DNA of 64,000 nt from Desulfatiglandales bacterium (GTDB lineage: Bacteria; Desulfobacterota; DSM-4660; Desulfatiglandales; Desulfatiglandaceae): NCBI GenBank assembly GCA_963662465.1, contig OY759599.1, forward strand, positions 4,192,001 to 4,256,000, written 5' to 3'. The notes below the pieces were generated by a model. It was not told the DNA's origin. It saw only the letters and a list, made by a program, of their open reading frames with translations, and ran no database searches. Both the position numbers and the translations under genes were made by a program. Positions 52,166 through 59,640 of this stretch are shown here, piece after piece. Position 1 is the first letter of the stretch, and each line of letters begins with the position of its first letter.

Positions 52166-52409
52166 ACCATCCATTCTACAAAGTAAATCGCATTTCCACT
52201 TAACCAAGCCTCTGTCTTGGAAGAAGAAAACCAAATCCAAAGAAAATAGATTTTATAAAAATTTATTGAAAAGTAAATCTACATCAACGACTCCTTTGCC
52301 GCCACTTATGGATCCCTCATCGTCCGCTATACCTGAGGGCCGTACTCACCGGCGGTGACAGCCAATGGTTCAATTTCCATTAGCAAACTTGGTTCAGTTT
52401 TGATTAGCG

Positions 52410-53918
52410 TTGAAGGAATTGGCCAAATCCCGAGGTGGCAGGTGTCTTTCAAGGCAATACATAAATCCCAGGACTCCACTGCTATGGGAATGCCGGTATG
52501 GTCACCAATGGGAAGCCGTATATCATAGCATTAAAAGAGGTTCATGGTGTCCGACCTGCTCTACTGGACTCGGAGAGAGGATATGCAAAGAATTTTTTGA
52601 GCAAATCTTTAATAAACCTTTCCCAAAAAGTTATCCAGAATGGCTGCTTAGTAAGAACGGGTATCAGATGGAACTTGATGGCTATAATGAGGATTTGAAA
52701 CTAGCTTTTGAACATAACGGGGAGCAACACTACTCAACGGATAATCCTTTTATAACTTCAGAAAGAGAACTCAAAAAAAGGCGGGATGATGACATATGGA
52801 AACGTCAATTGTGCTCACAAAATAATGTTGTGCTAATTGAAATCCCACAACTTGTCACGAGGACACCTATTCATGATATTAAAAAAATAATCATGCAGGC
52901 CTGTTGTCTGAATAATATTAGCCTAACAGATAGGTTCAATTCCATAGTTGTTGATCTGAAAAGGGCGTACACCACCTCATATTCTGAAAAAGAAATGGAA
53001 AATCTAAAAAAAGTTGCTCAAGATAAAGGTGGGCGTTGTTTGTCAAAAACTTACGTTAATAACAGCACAAAACTTTTGTGGGAATGCTCCGCTAATCATA
53101 GATGGTATGCTGTTCCGAGTAGCATTAAAGCTGGCACTTGGTGTCCATTTTGTGCGGACAACGCTAAAGGATCAATTGAAGAGATGCGGCAAACAGCAGA
53201 AGAAAGATGTGGTAAATGTCTTTCAAAAAAATATTTGGGCAGCAATATAAAATTGCTTTGGGAGTGTTCTAACAGCCACCAATGGACGGCAACTCCCAAG
53301 AATATCAAGAAAGGGACGTGGTGTCCTCATTGTGCAGGGGTCGCTAAATATACCATTGAAGATATGAATCGTATTGCATTAGAAAGAGATGGTAAATGCC
53401 TTTCAACAAATTATGACAGTGTTCATAAAAAACTCCTTTGGGAATGTTCCCAAGGTCATCAATGGAAAGCAACCCCTGATAGTATAAAAAGGGGAACTTG
53501 GTGTCCAATTTGCGGTGCCGAAAAAAGGGCAAGATCAAAGAGATTTTCTATCGAGGATATGCATACTTTGGCTGAAAAGCACAACGGCAAATGCCTTTCA
53601 ACAAATTATTTTAATGCGCGAACAAAACTACTGTGGGAATGTCACAGAGGTCATCAGTGGGAAGCTATTCCTGACAGTATCAAGAGAGGTCATTGGTGCT
53701 CTGTATGCGCTCATTCCAAGATGGTGGAGTTGAAAAGACTTGGGATCGAAAAAATGGCTAAACTTGCAGAGGTTCGTGGAGGTAAATGCCTTTCAATGAA
53801 TTACGTAAACGCACATCAGAAATTACTATGGGAATGTTCGAAAGGTCATCAATGGAAGGCAACTCCGAATAGCATCAAAAGAGGAACCTGGTGCCCAATT
53901 TGTGCTTTGAAAAAGTAG
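52410..53918 (+). CDS. Zn-ribbon repeat protein (6 repeats) with a PD-(D/E)xK-like nuclease domain, N-terminally truncated
   Basis: GxCLS..Y...KLLWEC..GH.W.A...IK.G.WCP.C repeats; ELDGY...LAFEHNGEQHY. Confidence 0.8.
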   Translation: MKELAKSRGGRCLSRQYINPRTPLLWECRYGHQWEAVYHSIKRGSWCPTCSTGLGERICKEFFEQIFNKPFPKSYPEWLLSKNGYQMELDGYNEDLKLAFEHNGEQHYSTDNPFITSERELKKRRDDDIWKRQLCSQNNVVLIEIPQLVTRTPIHDIKKIIMQACCLNNISLTDRFNSIVVDLKRAYTTSYSEKEMENLKKVAQDKGGRCLSKTYVNNSTKLLWECSANHRWYAVPSSIKAGTWCPFCADNAKGSIEEMRQTAEERCGKCLSKKYLGSNIKLLWECSNSHQWTATPKNIKKGTWCPHCAGVAKYTIEDMNRIALERDGKCLSTNYDSVHKKLLWECSQGHQWKATPDSIKRGTWCPICGAEKRARSKRFSIEDMHTLAEKHNGKCLSTNYFNARTKLLWECHRGHQWEAIPDSIKRGHWCSVCAHSKMVELKRLGIEKMAKLAEVRGGKCLSMNYVNAHQKLLWECSKGHQWKATPNSIKRGTWCPICALKK

Positions 53919-54044
53919 ACTTGGCATGGTATTGCTAACGTGGGTTATCTCTTTTGTCTGAGACCGAAAAACCTGACCAAAGACATTTCAAGCTTTGGAT
54001 TTTCCGAAAAAATCCCACAAACCAAATCGTAGGGTTAGTCCAAA

Positions 54045-54530
54045 ATGTATTATCATGTGCTCATTAAAATTTTGGGAAATGATAGATTTAGACTGCTTTT
54101 TAAGGATTTAAACAAACAAGAACTGAAAAAAAAAGCCATAAGGCCCTTTTCTTATGGAAAACCTCTTTTATCAAATGGTCAGATAGTAAAACCTTCTGAC
54201 ATATCGGTAATAGAGATACGCAAAACGCCCCAAATTATTTCTGAGATTTTATCTGAAATTGCGGAACAAGATATAGAGAAACAAAAAAAAGAATTTGAAG
54301 GTATTGCAGGAGGTGATCTGCCTTTTGGTTTTCTCCCTAATGTTGGGGTCCGTGATATAGAAATTAGGTATTACAGTCAGGATATGACAAGGCAATTTAT
54401 CGTTAATCATCCAGGCAGCAAAAGAAGCCCTTTCGGATTATTTGCTTCGATATCTAATAATCCATGGCTTGTAGCTATAGGCGGGGCAATATTGGCTGCA
54501 TTGTTGATCAATCTAATAATAACCTCATAA
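54045..54530 (+). CDS. Hypothetical protein with a C-terminal TM helix
   Basis: Low-GC ORF ending NPWLVAIGGAILAALLINL. Confidence 0.65.
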   Translation: MYYHVLIKILGNDRFRLLFKDLNKQELKKKAIRPFSYGKPLLSNGQIVKPSDISVIEIRKTPQIISEILSEIAEQDIEKQKKEFEGIAGGDLPFGFLPNVGVRDIEIRYYSQDMTRQFIVNHPGSKRSPFGLFASISNNPWLVAIGGAILAALLINLIITS

Positions 54531-54573
54531 TCTTTTCCTTTCATCGAAGTTCAAAGCACATAATAATCCGGGC

Positions 54574-54643
54574 GACACCATACTCAATTGCGCTTCGAAT
54601 TCAGGTAATTCCATGCCTGTTCTAAAAAATTGATCATGGTGTC
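54574..54643. repeat. REP-like inverted repeat GACACCATACTCAATT / AATTGATCATGGTGTC
   Basis: 14/16 complementary arms. Confidence 0.6.
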
Positions 54644-54708
54644 CAAAATTCGTTGGGATGACATAATCACGCTTGACGTTAATCACGTCATGCGTTAATA
54701 ATTACCAT

Positions 54709-54987
54709 ATGATTAGATCGTTCAAGTGTGCATACACCGAAGACCTGTCGAAAGGCCATCGTGTCAGGCAATTTGTGAATATTGCCAAAGTCGCACGGCG
54801 CAAACTGAGACAGCTGGAAATCGCTAATCGGCTTGATGACTTGAGGGTTCCTCCCGGTAATCATCTTGAGGCGCTCAAGGGCGATCGTTTGGGTCAACAC
54901 AGCATTCGCATCAACGATCAGTGGCGAGTCTGCTTTCATTGGACGGATGCGGGCGCAGAGAACGTGGAAATCGTTGATTACCACTGA
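54709..54987 (+). CDS. higB: HigB toxin
   Basis: MIRSF, PPGNHLEAL, SIRINDQWR, VDYH. Confidence 0.92.
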   Translation: MIRSFKCAYTEDLSKGHRVRQFVNIAKVARRKLRQLEIANRLDDLRVPPGNHLEALKGDRLGQHSIRINDQWRVCFHWTDAGAENVEIVDYH

Positions 54988-55007
54988 GGAGCTGAGGAGA
55001 GGGGAGC

Positions 55008-55319
55008 ATGAAAAAACTCGAACCTATTACGCCGGGGGAACTCCTGTTAGAGGAGTTTCTGAAACCTATGGGGATCAGCCAATATCGCCTGGCTAAAGAA
55101 ATCGGCGTTCCGGCGCAACGTATCAGCGAGATTGTTTCGGGGAAACGCTCAATAACAGCTAATACAGATTTGCGATTATGCCGATTCTTTGGTTTATCAA
55201 ACGGGTATTGGTTGCGTGCTCAGGCAGCCTACGATACTGAAATCGGCGAGCGAACGCTTGGTCCAATGCTTAGTAAGATCAAACCTTGGGCTGAATATAC
55301 GGCCCAACAACAGCAGTAA
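55008..55319 (+). CDS. higA: HigA antitoxin
   Basis: PITPGELLLEEFL, SQYRLA, WLRAQ. Confidence 0.92.
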   Translation: MKKLEPITPGELLLEEFLKPMGISQYRLAKEIGVPAQRISEIVSGKRSITANTDLRLCRFFGLSNGYWLRAQAAYDTEIGERTLGPMLSKIKPWAEYTAQQQQ

Positions 55320-55593
55320 TTCAGACTGGTAATATCTTCCTTTGGTCGGGTTGGGTTGGACCCGAAATATACAATTGAATTCAGGGAGTTGATTCTAAAT
55401 CATGGTTTTCTTGGCCCTTAGAGGCGCCTTTTGGCCTTAGAAAGATGCATATAGGAGGAAATTTCAGGGAAATCATAATTAAAAGGTTTGAGGCTGCTGA
55501 ATTTTATGCATAATATGTCAAATACAATGATCTCCGGATCAGCAGAATCACCTGTCTGGAGACTAATGACTTGTCGGAAACTGGAAAGAAAAT

Positions 55594-55717
55594 ATGAAAT
55601 TATATTCTGATAATTGTTGTTTTAATCGCCCCTTCGATGACCAGGTGCAATTCAGAATAAGGCTGGAGTCCCATCAAAACTGATCCAATTGCCTTCATAA
55701 AAGAGGTATTATCATGA
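55594..55717 (+). pseudogene. PIN-domain toxin, internally deleted
   Basis: MKLYSDNCCFNRPFDDQ joined out of frame to DPIAFIKEVLS*. Confidence 0.7.
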
Positions 55718-55932
55718 TTACCGATACGGAAATCAGAATAAAGGGTCTTCAAATTTTGACGGAAAATCTTGGTGATGTTGAAGCTGAACGATTTATTGCG
55801 ATTATCCAAAGAGAACCTTTTGATTATACCAAATGGCAGCAAGGAATGCGTGAAGATTTGACGATTCAAGAAATCAGCAAGAAAGCGATGGCACTAAAGA
55901 TGAAGGATGCCGATGCAATGGGTTCCAGCTGA
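55714..55932 (+). CDS. Cognate antitoxin-like small protein
   Basis: G..IL..NLG.VEAERFI....EPFDYTKW. Confidence 0.7.
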   Translation: MITDTEIRIKGLQILTENLGDVEAERFIAIIQREPFDYTKWQQGMREDLTIQEISKKAMALKMKDADAMGSS

Positions 55933-55989
55933 CCGCCAACAAAAGCCCGATGCTTGACAGCCAAGGCTCTCCACAAATTCGTCTTGAGA

Positions 55990-56127
55990 CACTCAATGGC
56001 GATCAATAGAGAAAAAATCGAGGTGTTTCAAGGAACCCTATTCATAAATTTCAAACCCGGTATTCAGATTGCCGTCAAAATCATTGATGCCCGAGGTGTT
56101 GAGAGTCTGAAAATCAAGAAGGTATAA
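55990..56127 (+). pseudogene. C-terminal relic of a Mod-like DNA methyltransferase
   Basis: KIEVFQGT...FKPG..IAVKIIDARGVESLK*. Confidence 0.6.
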
Positions 56128-56128
56128 C

Positions 56129-56869
56129 GTGCAGAATTTCAGCGACTACATCATCTATGCAGATGAAAGCGGCGACCATGGGTTAGGCTCAATCGACCCA
56201 CAGTACCCGATTTTTGTTCTGACATTTTGTATTTTCCGAAAACAGGATTACGGAATTCATGTAGCGTCAGCCGTGCAGCAGTTCAAATTCAGGCACTTTG
56301 GCCATGATATGGTGATCCTGCATGAACGCGATATTCGAAAGGACAAAGGTGCTTTCAGCTTACTCAAAGACAAGAAAAGAAAGGACGCGTTTTTAAACGA
56401 ACTGACGGACCTGGTAAAGGCCGCACCCTTTACCCTCATTGCCATGGTCATCAAAAAGGATTTGCTGAAAAGCCATTATGCGAGACCGCAAAATCCCTAC
56501 CACATCGCCCTGGCATTTGGTCTGGAAAGGGCCTATCTGTATCTCAAAAGCATGGGAGAGGCCCAAAAACTCACCCATGTGGTGTTTGAAACCCGTGGCA
56601 ATAAGGAAGATAACGAACTGGAATTAGAGTTCAGGCGCGTTTGTGATGGAGCCAACTATTTTTCACGCCATCTGCCCTTTGATATTGTTTTGGCTGACAA
56701 AAAGACCAATTCCGGGGGGTTGCAGTTTGCGGACCTTATTGCCCGGCCGGTGGGGTTGTCGGTCTTGCGGCCGCGTCAGAAAAACAGAGCATTTGATGTG
56801 TTGAAGGAAAAATTCTACTGCAATGACCTTGGAAAAATAGACGGCTGGGGGCTGAAATGTTTCCCCTAA
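56129..56869 (+). CDS. DUF3800 (RNase H-like fold) protein
   Basis: YIIYADESG, LHERDIR, FETRG, GLQFADLIARP. Confidence 0.88.
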   Translation: MQNFSDYIIYADESGDHGLGSIDPQYPIFVLTFCIFRKQDYGIHVASAVQQFKFRHFGHDMVILHERDIRKDKGAFSLLKDKKRKDAFLNELTDLVKAAPFTLIAMVIKKDLLKSHYARPQNPYHIALAFGLERAYLYLKSMGEAQKLTHVVFETRGNKEDNELELEFRRVCDGANYFSRHLPFDIVLADKKTNSGGLQFADLIARPVGLSVLRPRQKNRAFDVLKEKFYCNDLGKIDGWGLKCFP

Positions 56870-56927
56870 AAAACAAAAAGCCGCAGTAATCACCGCGACT
56901 GATTGCCGACCGAGTATCCCCAATCCG
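56870..56927 (+). ncRNA. Candidate DUF3800-associated RNA motif
   Basis: A-tract, imperfect hairpin, then GATTG-CCGACCGAGTATCCC-CAATC directly after the stop. Confidence 0.55.
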
Positions 56928-57763
56928 TCTTTAAAGCTGGTGCATTTTGATGCGAATGTCAAGGAATATTTTTTAATCAAGGTAATTTAGGCTGGTAACA
57001 CCTTCCCACTCTTTGCTACTTTTATCCGCCGGTTATGCAGCCTGAAAATCCAAGACCGGAAACATACCACAAAGATCAGCGTCTTCTAATCTGCAGTTTG
57101 GCCCATGTTTCCCTTTCATAACCTGGTTTTTCGCCATGCTTCTCATTGGCGCATTTTTCGGCCAGAGGGATGAGCGCATTTCTTCCTGTTTCGTAATCCT
57201 CAAGGAATCCTTGTGACATAGCAAACTCGGTTGCGACTTTTGGATCACACCACCACTGATAATTATTCAAGTTGCCGTTTGGATGATACTTGCAACCCTG
57301 AACCCTGCCCGTTTTGATCCAGTCATAAAGCTGTTTGAACCAATTCCGCTTCAATACCTCACGGATAAAGTCCACGGCGCGAATTTTTTCAGGTAGGTTT
57401 TGATCGCACGATTATGAGCTTCTTCCCTGACTTGGTCTCATGATGGCTGCATCCATCGCCATTGTGGCCACCCTGGTTAAACTTCTGTAGGCTCCCCACA
57501 AAAAAAACGGCCACCCGGCGCCGACTTCAAGAATGTGTCTCGAATTCCATCGATATTTATGAGACATTTTTTCCCTATGCTGAAACATCCGGGCCTTTTC
57601 CGGTCGATTTTCCGTTAGAGTATGCTTGGATGGATATCCTGAATGCGCCGTTCCAGCTCTTCAAAATAATCAAAGGGCTGATGATGAAAAAACCTTCTTG
57701 TTTTTTTCGAAGCAAACCAATTGACTTTCCAAAATATTTACGCTACAGCTGAAGTTCGTATGC

Positions 57764-57924
57764 TTCAGACGCTCTAAACGAGCTTAATAGGGAACGCTGT
57801 GAAATTCGGCGACAGACCCTCTGCTGTAATCGGGGACGAAACCTGCATCATGTCACTGTTTGGCTAAAAAGCCGAATGGGAAGGCGCAGTGATTAGGATG
57901 ATCCGTAAGTCAGAAAACCTGTCT
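57764..57924 (+). promoter_or_regulatory. Cobalamin riboswitch
   Basis: TAATAGGGAA...GCTGTAA...CACTG...GGGAAGGC...AAGTCAGAAAACCTGTC. Confidence 0.85.
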
Positions 57925-57985
57925 GGGCAAAGGAACGACACCTTATAGGGAATAAGGCCGTTCACAGATTTTGGGATAAAAAAGG

Positions 57986-58027
57986 GAAATCCCTGGGTCG
58001 ATTTTTTTCGGTCCGGGGATTTTTTTT
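57986..58027 (+). terminator. Riboswitch terminator
   Basis: AAATCCCTGGGTCGA...TCGGTCCGGGGATTT followed by a T tract. Confidence 0.8.
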
Positions 58028-58109
58028 GGGACCGAAGGTTACCATGCAAAATTATGATTTGAGTTTTCTGCATGGGCCACAAGAACTCATTAAAAGGGGA
58101 GGAAATCAG

Positions 58110-59585
58110 ATGAAAAAGAAAACAGACTTTACCAGACATCCATCAATTATGGTCAGGCTGTTGTTGCTGACGGGGGCTTTATGGCTTCTGATATTCAGCG
58201 TGGGATCCGCACACGCTGATTCAACCCAGACCGGCGTCGTAGCCACGGCAGCATCGGATTACAGCAGCTACGGTATTTCCACCATTACTGTAGATCCAAA
58301 GGCCGGACCGCGAATTGCCATCAACAATCTGCTTGCGGGAAGCAACGGCAGCACCGTCAAAGCTTTCGGGCAGTACTACTATCGAATTGAGCAATTTCAA
58401 GCGGATAGTGTCACCAAAGTGAACATTGCGGCGCCCAATACGCCTATCTGGCAGTTTTCAACCCAAGGCACAGATGAAGCAAACAGCAGCAACCCCTACG
58501 ATCTGGTCTTTGTCAATTCAACCAAAGCCTATCTGATTCGCTATGGTTCCACCAAGGCCTGGATTGTCAATCCTTCCGCCACCACTGAGGCCACTTTTAA
58601 AGTCGGCGAACTGGATCTGAGTGCATATACCGACGCGGACGGCGCGCCGGAGATGTGCTGCGGGGTAATTGCCAATGGAAAACTCTTTATTGTACTTCAG
58701 CGTCTCGTGGACTGGTGCCCATCCAACACAGCCTATGTCGCCGTATTTGATACAACAACAGACACTGAAATTAATACCGGTCTTGGATCGGGTAACATGA
58801 TAGGCATTCCCCTGACCATCAAAAACCCTAGCGCCATTCAATATGTTCCTCAAAACAATCTAATTTATGTTCAGGGAATCGGATCTTATCCGGGGAGCGG
58901 CGCTTGCGATCCGGTGTACGAATATACCGGCGGCATTGAAAGCATCAATCCCGTCACCTATGCATCCGCGATTGTCCTGGATGACGGCGATGCCGCAACC
59001 CACCCCTATGGGGCCATATCCGGCATGCTGATCGCCTCTCCCACACAAGGCTACTTCGTAGGCTATGCCGGCTGGGGCAACAATACGCTCTATGCATTTA
59101 ACCCCACAACGGGTGATGTTTCCGGTGCGTTGAGCGGTTTTCAAAATATCAATATTTCGGAGATGAATTCCGGAACCTACCTGGACAAAAACGGTATGAT
59201 GTGGATTTGTGATTCAACCAATGCCGTTATTAAAATCATGGATACAGCAGATAACACCCTTAGTGAAAACGTTTCCACAAGCTTGAATCCCCAGAAAGTG
59301 GCGTTTTGCACCCAGGGAACACCTTTAGCCCCCATGCTCGGTTCCACCGTTTCCGGAAACAGCGTGATGGCCCACTGGAACACGGTTTCCGGTGCGGAAG
59401 GATACTACCTATGGATTACAGCACCCACAACCGGCTGGACCGTTTTATACGACTGGGGCGCCCGAACCAGCGTCTCCGCAACTGTCGCGGCAGAATCATC
59501 TTATTACGTTTCGGTGATCCCCTACAACGCAGAGGGATCAGGCGCCGCATCCAATGTAGTTAATCTTAAAACGGCCGTGGAATAG
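58110..59585 (+). CDS. Secreted beta-propeller-like (BtuG/YncE-like) B12-regulated protein with a C-terminal FN3-like domain
   Basis: Signal peptide AHA, SNPYDLVF..KAY blade motifs, W..V.GA.GY...YYVSV..YN. Confidence 0.72.
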   Translation: MKKKTDFTRHPSIMVRLLLLTGALWLLIFSVGSAHADSTQTGVVATAASDYSSYGISTITVDPKAGPRIAINNLLAGSNGSTVKAFGQYYYRIEQFQADSVTKVNIAAPNTPIWQFSTQGTDEANSSNPYDLVFVNSTKAYLIRYGSTKAWIVNPSATTEATFKVGELDLSAYTDADGAPEMCCGVIANGKLFIVLQRLVDWCPSNTAYVAVFDTTTDTEINTGLGSGNMIGIPLTIKNPSAIQYVPQNNLIYVQGIGSYPGSGACDPVYEYTGGIESINPVTYASAIVLDDGDAATHPYGAISGMLIASPTQGYFVGYAGWGNNTLYAFNPTTGDVSGALSGFQNINISEMNSGTYLDKNGMMWICDSTNAVIKIMDTADNTLSENVSTSLNPQKVAFCTQGTPLAPMLGSTVSGNSVMAHWNTVSGAEGYYLWITAPTTGWTVLYDWGARTSVSATVAAESSYYVSVIPYNAEGSGAASNVVNLKTAVE

Positions 59586-59594
59586 AGAATTGAA

Positions 59595-59640
59595 AAACGG
59601 GAGTTCATGAATTTCCTTTAAATACATGGGGCTCCCGTTC
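59595..59640. terminator. Hairpin between the convergent B12 genes
   Basis: AACGGGAGTTCATG...CATGGGGCTCCCGTT. Confidence 0.65.

Larger units (their letters stand above)
47690..52416. mobile_element. IS21-type element bounded by 51-bp imperfect inverted repeats
   Basis: 47690-47740 vs reverse complement of 52366-52416: 38/51 identical; each has two GCTA-N-AAA-N-GAACCA units. Confidence 0.75.

Noticed and set aside
51639..52358. 239-aa + strand ORF
   Set aside because: Antisense to the Zn-finger gene and its leader; no recognisable features.
57033..57752. Short ORFs at the right edge of the island
   Set aside because: Probably gene debris; no family could be assigned from the sequence.
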